This document shows, in pieces, positions 24,401 through 36,587 of a DNA stretch of 64,000 nucleotides (the stretch's first letter is position 1; every line of letters starts with the position of its first letter). The stretch comes from Podarcis vaucheri. Taxonomy: Eukaryota. The notes beneath the pieces are model-generated. The model saw only the letters and a program-made list of their open reading frames with translations. It made no database searches and was not told the DNA's origin. Location: the NCBI GenBank assembly GCA_965113315.1, contig OZ220368.1. The stretch is one strand, 5' to 3'. A program made the translations under genes and the position numbers.

Positions 24401-27400
24401 GCCCAGAGGTCCACCTTTTCTGAAATTCTAGGAGCGTCTCTCATTTCCCCCTCTTTCTTTTCCTCAGGGGCTGGGACCCTAGATAATCAACTCTTAAGAC
24501 CACCAGATTTTGTTTGTTTTTTCCTTAGCAGAGCTTTGGTCCTTCTTTGGGGGCTGCCACCAGTGCTATGCTACCGTTTGCAAACATTTTTCTTTTTGGA
24601 GGGGTGCAGATGGGAGGATTCACTGCGTTCAAATGGGGAATTGGGTTGCCTAAAACAAATGGTCCACTTTGAGAGACAGCACCACACTCTAGGCAGAGTA
24701 ACCCTGGGTTGACCCCATCCATACGCACCCCTAAATCAATTGCATCTTATTATTACAATATCAATATACAATATTCCAACAATAACAACATTGATTTTCC
24801 AGCCAGATGCTGCACCTCAGCCTGTTTTAAAGAGGAGGGAGTAAATAGCAGCCCTCATTAAAAATCTATAGATTGCCCCCTCCCACCAGCCTCCTTCCCC
24901 TCCCAAAAAGAGAAAAAGCAGTTTATATTCATTAGAGCTATTGAATATAAAGTAATATGTTTGTGTTGGACATTGGGGTAATGTGATAATCTGTCCGCAT
25001 ATCAGAGAGAAATCCACTTAGCAGCGCTGTCAGCTTGACAAGAAAAATGGGCCCATAAAGCTGGCAAATACATTGCGGGGAAAGAGCTAAGCATGTGCGT
25101 TTTGTGTGTTTGGGAGCCATTCTGTGCCAGTGGGCAGGCCTACAAAGGGAGCATTTATCAGTTCCGAACAAACGTGTGGCATTCTCAGCTGGGGAGGTGG
25201 GATGGTTGGACATTTAGGCGTGAAGGTGCTCAGTTGTGTAGGTCTCTGTCTTTATGGCTGTGGATATTCCCCACATGGCAGGCCTTTCTTTTTATGGCTC
25301 TTACACAGATTCTGCTAAGATTGTTGTAGTACCAGGATGGCCTCTCCCTGCCTTCTGCTTAAAGCAACCAGGTTCACCCACCTGGTGCAAATGCAGCAGG
25401 AATCATTGCAGTGGAAGAAAAGGTAGCAATATTGGCTGAGGGTGAGCAGTTCCAGTATCAATCAGCTGGCTCCAAATTGTTCACTTCTCTCTATCAAGAC
25501 AAGGTAGCTTGGGTGTGAGTCCAGAGGTTTGGTTTCATTTTGTGCAATCTGATATATTCTCTCCAAGCTGGCACTGTGTGACTCTCTCAGGGTGTTGGAT
25601 GGTAGTGGAAGAATTCATCACTGGTCCAACTTAGTTGTGGAAGGAATATAGTATAGGATACAGTGACATGCAAAGGATATATTTTTAGGAGAACTTTCTC
25701 AAAGTCTTTAATTTGTTTGCAAGGAAGTATTAAAAGTATAGGAAAGAGGAATGTTCAGAAACCCTTCAATCCACCATGCAAAGGATGAGCACAAGCAACA
25801 AAGTCATTCAAATTGGGGTGAGACAATATACCCTGCAAGAGCAAACTGAACCAGGTCTGGCTATAGTGCAGGGATTGCACAGCTAGACATGAGAGGGTCA
25901 AATTGTGTGGCTTTCCCTGCATTGAAGAGCTGGTTCAAATGTGGACAGTCTGGCATCTGTGTCTACCCTCGAAATGGACTGAGTGTCAGCAAAGCACCCA
26001 GTGCTGCATGATCAGTGGCCTCCTATTCTTAGTTGCCATTTTTGTAGAAAATACTCTTTCAAGGTAACAATGAGGAGATTTAGGAGATTTCATATGGCTA
26101 ATAATTCCCCAAACAGCCATCTGATGGTGTTGTTTTAAAAGCCGCTTAGTTTTTTTGCTTTGGAGTTTATGAAAATCTCCCGCACTAATATCCCGGGAGC
26201 CAGCCTATAATTGTGTTATTAAATCAATCGGAGCGGATTACATTGTAAAATCAATAAGCGGCTGTAATTGCATATTAGAAAGTTGTTCGGCTGTTGTTGA
26301 TTTTTTTGTACACGGATAATTGTAATAAGCGTGTTTACCTTCGTGCTGATTTGAAGTCAGTCTTGCTAAATGACTTGTGGCAAGTGAGCTTTGCAATGGC
26401 TTGTTAGGAGCCACCTGTACCAAGTGTCTGAAACACACCTGGCATAGTCTGGTTTAAGATAGAGGGGCACAAAAGAGTGTCCCGGGTGGGAAGGCTGGCA
26501 GCTTGGATTTCTTTGCACTAACACAACCAAATGGCACAGGATGTGGTCATAGCCAGAGTAAATTTGCCCAGAAAGAATAGCCCACAGATGGCAAGGAATT
26601 GAGAACAGTCACACTGGGTCAGGCGAATGGCTTAGTATCCTGAATCTTCCTGCAATGGAAATTTATTTCACATATCCATGTGTGTTATGTAGTAGCTTTT
26701 CATTTGACCTGTTGCTCCCCGGCAGATTTGTGAATTGCCGACATTGAAAACTTTTTAAATGGGAGATGTAGGGCAATATGAAAGCTCTGACTGTAGCATT
26801 CAATCTGCTATGACTGTTTCACACATGCAAGTTGCAATAGGATGTCAGAAATCAAAGAACTTGATGTATGAGTATTCAGATAAATTCTGGATCTTTTAGT
26901 AGAAATGCGTAGCAGAACGTTACCCACATTAGGGTACTTCCAGTTGATCGCTTCTAGCTACTGGAGACCTAATATAATCTGTATGGAGATCTGTCTATTG
27001 CCCATGTTTGGTGATCTCATTCAGACTGCCACCTGTACTGGGATGCTATGTATAATAATTACTAAAGTAATTAGTGTAATGTATTCCAGGTGTTTAGAAC
27101 TCTTCCTGTACAGTATCTCAATAATCTTTACATTAGCCCTATGAATTAGACCAGTATATTACAGAAGAGGGTTTGCGGCTAAGATAAGAGAATCTTAAGG
27201 CAGACTTCCTCTGCCTTGGATCCTCAGGTGTTTTCTCCTGCCTTGGGTGCTCAGGTATTGGATGACAACCCCCAGTATGGGCAATGGTCGGGTGGTGGGG
27301 ATCAAAGTTCAACATTTGGTGTAGAAAGGTCAGTATGGATTCAGTCAAGGGGCATACAGAGAGAGAAGACAATATAAACTAAAGATGGTCCAAAGGGGAG

Positions 27401-30400
27401 CAACCAAAACAGTGAGCTTTGGAAGCAAGAATCCCCCTCCCCAGATGTTTTCATTGTGTGTACCCACTGAGGAAATTACGAGTGGCTGAGCAGGTGTAGG
27501 TCAGTTTAGGCCAACTATAGAGAATAAGGAATGAACATCTGGAAAGATAGCCTGCAGTATACCCTTCAACAGGCACTGGGGGCATGAAAGAGCAGGTTCC
27601 AGAAGGTGTATGAAAGAGGTAGCCCCACTGCAGACAAGCAATAGGCTGAGACTCTTGATGTTTCTATCTACTCAGATAAGGAGATCTCTCAAGAGAAGAT
27701 GGAACATACGGAGCCTACAGAACCAGGTCCATGTTTCTGTTCCACTAAGTCATAGTGGTTCCTCAGTTTTGCCTATACTTGTAAACAAAGTTTTTACCAG
27801 GGTCCATTGTTTAAGGGTTTTTTTGTTGTTTTTTTTTCCCTTTTAAAATCTTTGCACATATCAAGAGAGACCATTGGTGGCGGCCTGCTTTCCCCCATAG
27901 ATTCCAAGAATATGAACCCCTCAGAGATACCCTCCCCAATTCCTGACAGCACAGGTTTCTTTAGCTGGAAATCAATGAGATGTTTTCAAGGGCAGAGAGG
28001 AATCAGAGCTCTTCAGGTAGAAAAACATACTGCAAGAATGTTGAACATCACCACAGATTTGATGAGCCATTAGACTTTGTACAAGGCAGAGAAGTTATGG
28101 GAGCTAATGTCCAGCAGATAATCAGACATTTTGTACATTTAGAAGTGGATCTATTTGCTTTGTATTTCAGCCATTAAGTAGAGACATACTTTGCCAGATA
28201 GCTGTACTAGGAAGCAGCTAATGCTCAGCTGTGCACATAGCCAAACTACTATCTTTATACCTTTATTCCCTTCCTTCTGATTGAAGATCAGTAAGTTTGG
28301 TGAAAGTGATACTAGTAGTGACTTGTTGCAAATATGGCCAATCCCTGTTTTGAATGTGTTCTGGCTGAGCATGGGTGAGACATGAAGCTGATGGATGTTC
28401 CCCCACCCAATTCTTTTTGGGGTGTGCCTCAAACTCAAACAGAGCAAATTAAGGGTTGAGGAGGCCAAAAATAGCCTACAGCTTCAACTGTAGGCTATTT
28501 GACTACTTGCAGCTACATACCACATAACATGTTCCATTGCAATCTACCTTGCTCTCTAGGGTACTCTTACAGAGTACTTTTTTCTGCACTCTTATCCCCA
28601 CTTACCTACATGTAAGCTTCACTGAATTCAATAGGACTTACTCCTGAGTAGACATGGTAAGGGTTGCATTGCAAATGGGCAAGCTCTGCTCATTATATAA
28701 GATCCCTTGCCCCCCCTCCCATTTCTGTAGTCACTCTGCTGCTTCTTTGCAGCTGTTACCAATCTGACTAATGTATGCACCTTGGTGTATGCCGATTTTC
28801 ATTTTTTTAAACGTAGAATTTTCATCTTTTAGTTGCTTTTGATAAAAAATGCTTGGTTTTGTTAGCCTAGCTATGTAAACTCCCAATGCAGTTGAAGAGC
28901 AGAATGCCATCTGTTTCCCCCTAGTTGTGCTACCAGCATTCAATAGGTTAAGCAGGGGGAAGGTAGATGGGGGGCTGTTTCGTGTATCTGTTGACACCCT
29001 CCCCAAATACTCAAGCTCCTGCACTTTGGGGCCAAGACAGGTTGGGTGGCAGCTTCCTGCTCCATTCGGCCCCTGGCGTTCATTCCTCAGTCGGTGTGCC
29101 TGTCTCCTAGACAGTGAAATATGGCCACAATTAGCCCGGATACAGTTCAATTATGATAAACAGCGCTTGCACCCTTTAAGCCGTGATTAAAAGGCCTCCC
29201 CCCTTTGATAGAGAGACCTAATTTCACATTATTATCGCTGCCGCTTGATTATAAAGCACTCCCTGGATTTACAGTTAAGAGACGGATGTGGAGGCGCTGC
29301 TTTATCATTTACACATCAGTAATGATGCAGCTGTCCTTCTGCCACAACATCCATTTACTAGCAGGGGTGTGGGTGGGTGTTCTGCTTCCCTCCCCCCGTC
29401 AGAGTGGCAGCGCCACCCCATGTCATCCAGGCCCTGCCTGCCACATGCAAGTGGGCAAAGTCACCCTTACGGTAACAGCGTGATGAATGGGCGCACACTA
29501 ATGAAATGGAGACATCAAGGCGTGGGGCGAGGAAGAAAGAGTGCTGATGGGAGGCAGCGGAGCTGTCCCGAGTCGGAGGGGAGCGGGAAGAAGGATCGCC
29601 TCGCCACCGTGTGCTGTCAAGGGAGAAATTACACATTTACTCTTGCTTTTTCTTAAGGAGACGGCCACCATAGATCAAAACATGGATTTACAAGCCAATT
29701 TTCAACATGAAATATAGACACCAGGAATCAATTTAAGGCTTGCTTCTATTTTAGCAAACTCTGCTTGCGTTTAGTCCCAGGTAAATAATGCGAGCCAGCC
29801 CAACCCTGCTTCCCTGTTAGTTCAGAAGAGAATGGAGCTTGCTCTACTTACCGGTCCATCCTTCTGTCATCCTTCCAATATAAAAGATGAGGAAAGGTGC
29901 AAGAGCTGGACTGGAACTAGTGGGGGCCTGTGATGAAAGTCCACACCAAAAGTGTGCAGGAAAGCTACATTTATAGCTGTTGCCCTAATCAAGGCTTTTT
30001 ATTTAGTGTGTCATGCAATACAGAACCTAGAATCTAGAAAATCTGAAATGCAACTTTAAAAGCATGTTTCTATCCCTCATTGTTGGTTTTTGAAAAGAAA
30101 GAAATGCGACCAGTTTCTGTTAATGCTTCAGGATGAAAAAATAGATGAGTGGTGTTGCCAGGAGTTTTATCTTCTATTTCAAACATTTAGAGAATGTGAG
30201 GGGGGATTTCCCCTTCACAGATTCCTTTCATGTCTCCAAACTCCTGCCCCCTTTGTTTTGAAAAAAACAAAAACAAAAAAACCCCCCAAATTCTGTTGAT
30301 TTGCAATTTTTCATTTTGTATAAATTAGATAAACGGGCATTTTGCAGGGAAATGTACTTAAATCATCATCAAAATCTTTTGCACACCTAATTCAAGATAT

Positions 30401-30523
30401 CTTTGTAGAACAGTAACACAGCTGAGTCCGCTGAGTCCATACCCCACTTTATTGGAAATGGCAGAATGCGCCGTGAAGATCTACTTGCCATAGTCAGGAA
30501 GCTTAAGTTGGGATGAGACAAAA

Positions 30524-30761
30524 GGCTCATCCACACTTCAGCTTTCCAAGAGGCTTTCTGCTTGTCCCATGCTTTTTAGGCACAGCTCTGAGCAGTTTTC
30601 CATTTGCCTTGCCTCTTTCCCCAGGAAAACCCACTCTTTACCTCTGAATCAGAGCAAACATCAACACGCCAAAATCCCAACTGGCATTTGCTCCGATTCA
30701 GTGGTAAAGAGCAGGTTTTCCCAGGGGAAAGTGGTGGGACAAGCAGAAGTGTGGACGAGCC
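30524..30761. mobile_element. Palindromic MITE (PIF/Harbinger-like TIR)
   Basis: Outer TIR GGCTCATCCACACTTC / GAAGTGTGGACGAGCC, plus a second inner inverted pair at 30612-30658 / 30687-30734. Confidence 0.7.
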
Positions 30762-31187
30762 TAGAGACAAGAAGGACATTTCATGCTGCCAGTACTACCA
30801 CAGCAAATCTAGGGTGTGCATGAATCATAGAGGTGTTTGCATGCATGCATGCATGCTTATGGGCACATATGTCTGCGAAAGGTCAGCTTTTATGTGTGGA
30901 TTGTTGTATGCAGTGCTTTTTTTCCTGGCGGTACTCAAGGATACCCAATACCGGCAGTTTTTTTTCTAGAAGCAAAGTACTGCCTATAAGTATGGGGTAT
31001 GTGTGTGATCCTTTTTTCCAAGCATTTTCATACCTGTCCAATTCAACATTGTTTTATTGATGTTTTAATATGATGTAAACCGCTTTGAGATTTTTCTTAA
31101 AAATATGAAGTGGTATAGAAATGAAATAAATAATAAGAAGAAGAATAACATGACCGTTCTCACGCCCTTTCTTCCTTTGACCGGCAG

Positions 31188-31270
31188 ATGACTGCAAGAA
31201 CATTGCCAACATCATGAAGACACTGGCTCACAGAGGGTTCATCTTCAAGCAGACCTCCAAGCCCTTTTGA
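31188..31270 (+). CDS. ERI3: ERI3 (ERI1 exoribonuclease family member 3) last coding exon, phase-1 start, (D)DCKNIANIMKTLAHRGFIFKQTSKPF*
   Basis: Branch-like ctcac, polypyrimidine tract and acceptor (ccctttcttcctttgaccggcag|AT GAC TGC). The translation matches the recalled human ERI3 C-terminus (DDCKNIANIMKTLAYRGFIFKQTSKPF). Tail-to-tail with DMAP1, as in human 1p34. Confidence 0.95.
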
Positions 31271-31850
31271 TCTCTGGGGCCGGCCAGACAGGGCTGCATG
31301 CGGCCGGCTCCTGCTACCTGGGCGTGATGGGCTGGAGCATTCGAACGACAGAAAGAGGACAGAGGAACGAGCAACCCCACGACTCCGTCAGTTTTGCTGT
31401 TCTGCCAGTAGAGGCTGTATATATGGAACTGGAATCTCTGTGTAGGCCTGACGTGACTCCCTCTCTGGGGCCGGCTGCCTGCCCGGCCTGGCCCAGCCTG
31501 CAGCCCCCTAGGGCGCTTGCTCCACATGGTTAGAGACGTAGATTGTTTTCCCTTTTGTTGGCTTCCGATTTCCATTGGCATCTTTCTCTCTCTCTCTGCT
31601 CATATTTGCGCCTGTAGCAAGACCGTGGCGCCATGTTTGGGGCACTCGCCCTTATTACTTTGAGTCCAATATCGCAACAACCGCGGTCAAGCCCCCCTCC
31701 CCTTTTCCTGTGTGAATCTGTTACTGTGTCTCCTGCGTGTCAGCTAAATATTGACTGAGCAGCATCCAGACAGCCCCTCCCCCCTTCTTCGGCAGGCTTC
31801 TTCCCTCCTTCCCTTCTGTTTTGAATAAACACTAACCCTCTGATTCCTTC
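31271..31850 (+). other. ERI3: ERI3 3'UTR (probable), ending after AATAAA 31824-31829
   Basis: Follows the TGA. First canonical AATAAA at 31824 with U/GU-rich sequence downstream (ttccttctgtatgtgat). Further AATAAA at 32335 and 32592. Confidence 0.65.
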
Positions 31851-34800
31851 TGTATGTGATCTGAGGAAGCTTGGCTCTTTCTGTTCAAGGTAAAGTGCCT
31901 GTATTCCCTGCCCACCAAGAGCCACCTATCTCCCTGGGGCTTCATTCAGCAGGGGTTATCGTAGGCAGGAGCATCCTGGCTGATGCTCACCGCCATGTCC
32001 TGCATTTCTTGAACCCTGTGATCCCTTGCTCATGCCTCCTCAGAACATGGGGAACCCTACTGTGCATCCACCCTGCACTTGCGCATGGCCCCCCTATGGA
32101 GCATGCAGTCCATTGCAGGCAGTGGACGTGCCCATTACTGCTAGCCCAGCAGGGGTTTGTGTTCCCATTACCCAGCAGGGATCTGCAAATTGACTGACAT
32201 CTCTGTTACTGCCCCTTTGCTCACCTGACTTCCTCTTCCTCCTACAACGGCTGCAACTGACTTGTTGCTTTGAGAGGTGTGGCCTATTCTTCCTATCCTA
32301 TTCCCATCACCTTGGTCCAGTGTGGGAAGAGGGAAATAAAGAATGACTCGCCCTCTCCCAGCTCAGTATTTTCCTGAAACCTTCTGCCCTAGCTTTTGCT
32401 GAATGGATCCCCAGATGGATAGGCTCCAGCTGCCACCTACCTGGGAGCCACACCAAGAGTCAGGCTGTGAGCTGATACAGGCACTGGGCCTTACCGGTAA
32501 ATAATGCATGGTGTGTGGATGTTCCAGCTGAACCCAACCTGACCTCCTCATTGGCTCGTTATTCCCATCCTTGCTGTAAATGTGCCACATGAATAAAGTT
32601 TGGGGGAAAGGAACCTGGCTCCTTGTATGCTGTAAGGGAATGGGGCCGGGGGGAGGCTTTATCTGAAATATGCTGCTAAGTAAACTCCTTTTCCCAGTAC
32701 CTCTTCAACTGCCCATGTAATCTGGCAGTAACTGCACAGATGTTTCTCCCATCCTTAAATGGATTTGCATTCTGGGATTGTTTTGTGACACAAGTATCAC
32801 CCGCATATTCCCATCTGTAGCCAAAACAAAAGCTGCTTCCTTATTAGTTCTTCCCCAGGAAAGTATCTTGAGAATAGGTCATACTTCCTTTACAATAAGC
32901 CTCCTGCCCTGTGCTCTACACCAGGGGTGGGAAACCTCCAGCCCACAGCCCTAATCAGGCCTCAGGGGCCATTTTGTCCAAGTCACACTCACCTGCCTCA
33001 CACCTGACATAATGTGATGTCAGGCAAAGAGGCAGCTGCAAAGGAAGAAGCAGGAACCTTAAAGTTTGATCCTGCTTCTTCCTTAGCAAGTGGAGCTTGT
33101 ATCTGACACCTTTTAGATTTGGAGCTCCCAAGTAGAGCTGAGTTTTGCTGAAAGTGGTATTTGCACCCACTGCCAATCAGTGGGCACCATTAAAATGTTT
33201 TCATACCATCTGTTTAACATTACTGAAGGGCCCCTCAATGAAAGGAGGATCCTGAAGAAGCCAAATATTTACATCTTATCACCTCGGCTCATTGCACCAT
33301 CAAGGATGCTTAGCACACAAAGTTCATAGGATGCTTGGGCCACAGGGGCACAGGAGAACACTTTGGCTCATGCACCCTCCTCAATCTGCAGGTAGAAGTG
33401 GTGCTCACAGAGGGCAATACTCAGGTCTAGATACTGGCCCCCTGTTGAAGTTTATATGGTTTCCCATCCTTTTCTCTCCGTTAGCTACGACAATATACCA
33501 TGTAAAACAGAGCAAAGCCTGGAGCTACATGTTAAAAAAATCATGACTCATTTTATAGAAGTCAAATAAACTTGAACACAGAAGGCCAATGAATAATTAC
33601 CAAATGTTTGTTTAGTGCTACATGACCTAAGATGGCTTATGCACCAATGTGAACAATCTTTTATGATTTAGACAACAATGACAAATGGGAGATTGAAAAC
33701 AAAGCAAGCTGCTTGGAGAACATACTAATTGACTCCGTAGCTTAAGACAAAGCCCCAAATAAATCACGATCCCCTTTCAGTGTAGGTCTCTGTTCTTTCC
33801 CCTCCCAGTGTAGCAGTGAAAAGTTTGGGGGTCTGTTCCAGTTAGGGCCACCTCTCTCTTTATGGCACCACTGCAGAAGGTAATTGCTTTATCAACCCTT
33901 TGTCTATGTCTGCCATGCCTTTCCATCCACATGACCATTCATGCAGTAGGGGTTGAAATGAGAACATACTAGATACAACCAGCAGAGTTAGCAAAGCCTG
34001 TGTCAACCACCACCCACTGAAGCCTTGTAGGCCAGTCCATCTCACTTTGGGAGGTTTGTCCTCCAAGCACTAGAGAATATAACTGAGCCTTTCCCACCTC
34101 AGGTTAGGGACTTGAGATCAAAGGTCATAGGGATTTTAATGGCTCCCTCTGTGTAATCACCTGATCAGTTTTATTGATTCAGTGTCGATGGAGTCGTCTA
34201 ATTAGTTTTCTATGAAAACGAAGAACTTGGCCTTTGACCTTTCTTTCTGCCAGCAAGAATGTAAATCAAAGGGCATTGTCATGCACTATCGATTCCCAGT
34301 TGCACTTGAAATGGGAAGGGGAAGGTAGAGCATGAGTTAGGTCTGACAGCAGCAGGCCAAAAGTATCATAGCCCTCCTTCCAACATGTTTCTGATGGAAG
34401 ATGAATATCTGAAAGGGCTGGGCTAGGGTGGAGGGAGAAGAGTACAATTCAGTAATTAAAACAGTCAGCAAGCTGGAGAAACTCCAGACCAGAATGGAGG
34501 GCTACCTCATAGGCCAGCACTCAATATTTTTACACTGATGAAACCCAAGTTACTTACAGTTAGCTCTTCTTGAGGGTATCACTGGCCTCACTGCCTGCCA
34601 CACACTGGAGAACATGCAACTGAAGTCTTTAGACGTAGCCAGTCAATCTCTTCCTGCTGAGGGCAAGGGTTATACCTAGGGCTTTGTATTCTGCACTAAA
34701 AACCCCATCAAAATTAAAATTAAAACTGGAATCCCATGGCCTGTATGCATTATGCAAATGTGCACATATTTGCTCATTTTGCATAATTTATTTTGCTACT

Positions 34801-36527
34801 CTAGGGAAGGGTAAAGAGCTATGCAAAACACCACAGTCTGATCACTAGAAGTCCTACTTAGCCCTCCTATGGCTTCAGAGATCTCACCAGAGATACTCAC
34901 ACACCTTCAAGGTGACCTTTGTAAAAGCTTATGGGCTAGAAACTTCCTTCTTGGTGCTGAATTCTATATTTAATAGCAAAACATAGCCTTTCCTGCAATT
35001 GTATACACAGGCTTAATTATACTGACTTGAAATATTCAACCCTACACTATCAAACCAAACCTTCTAGCAATGAGAAATGGATGCTTCTTGGTTCTTGGAA
35101 AACCAGCATGCATACAAGCTGGTTGCTCCATTGGTCACTAAACAACGCAATTATCACACACCAAGTCACCTCTGGAGGGTATAAAAGTTACTGGTCTGCA
35201 TACAGCAGGCTACAACAGGAAAAGGCAACCGTGAACACACTGAACAAAATGGAACTTTCTTCCAAGTAAACACACGCAGGATTGTCCTGTTAAAAGAGTC
35301 TGTAGAACTACTTTTTTATGTTAGCACAAAGAACTCACCGTGACACTCGGGATGGGTATGTATGTCCACAAAATAACACAGAATAATTCTGGCTACTCTC
35401 AACAGATATGGGAGGGTACCTCACCTACCTGTGAGACGAGAAAACTAAGGATGCAGCATTAAATTGGCTCACTAAATTGAAAATTTGTTTAACTAAAAAG
35501 GTGCCACTGCTCAAATCAAACGGAAGATCTAAATTATTTTTAGTATAAGGACTTGGAAAAATACATGGAGAGCAGGCAACATCTTGGCAGAGGCATGACC
35601 CCCTCTCATCAGAGCAGGAAATATCTCCTGCAACGAATGAATGCATCACCTAAGATACAGTATGGCGTTCTTTTCCTCAACTCTATTGTTTAATTCATAT
35701 GCAGGGCACATGAGTCAAGCAACTGTTCTATAATTAGATGAAACACTGAGGGAAATAGGAACTTTGTGGACATCCAGAAGAACATTCTGTGAGAATAAGC
35801 CAGAAACAAGCAAGCATGTCTTCCAGTGGGAATGGGATGGTGGTATGAGAATTAGGGCACAACTAGGACCATAAAAAAGACTATGCTTCAATGGTGGCAC
35901 TGCAAAAGGTGGAAGACCTTCAGTGTTCAAAGCGCCTGAGATATGTCTCTTTTCTTGCAAAGATAAGTTTTCAATAAAATAATTTATCCATTAACTCTGC
36001 ACTGCAGTCTCTGATACTACAACCGAGTCTTCCTTGCAGCTGTGAGATAGTTAATCGTGTAGCATTATACTAGGGCGTGCGTTTGTCCCCTCCTGCCTCA
36101 CATGCGTCATAAAAACTATTCTAATCCATAAGATCTAGCTGATGATCCAGTACCTGCCTACTCCAGCTCAAGATCGATCTAGACAAAAGCAGCTCCTACC
36201 ACCATAAAGGTGCTTCTGCCCACCCACAAGTGCTGGATTAGATTCAGATTATGGAACAAGAGGTAATGGATTCTGTATTTACAAGGAAGTTTACAAAAAT
36301 CAGACATAGGAAAGACAACACAATCACCACAGCAACAACCAGTATGAGGCTGTTAATGCAAGGAAGTCCAACCCATTTACCTGGGGCAGCAACACCCTTT
36401 TCTGGAACAAGAGAGGGCAATGTCACTGCAGGAATCCCATAGCATAAAGTACGCATACTGCAGCCATCTTGCCCCTGCAGTCAGTGTCCTGATCCTCCGA
36501 CATCCAGGATCCGGAACTTCAGGCTAT

Positions 36528-36587
36528 TCATGGCTTCTTCACTTTTTTGACAGACGATGAACTGGAAGCAGATTCTCTGCGCTTTCT
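36528..36587 (-). CDS. DMAP1: DMAP1 last coding exon: RKRRESASSSSSVKKVKKP*
   Basis: aacag|AGA acceptor, TGA at 36530-36528; matches the recalled human C-terminus RKRRESASSSSSVKKAKKP. Confidence 0.95.
   Translation of the reverse strand, partial: RKRRESASSSSSVKKVKKP

Noticed and set aside
31228-31581. ORFs overlapping the ERI3 3'UTR, and possible stop read-through
   Set aside because: GC-rich UTR with no protein similarity; the stop context TGA-TCT is not the CTAG read-through motif.
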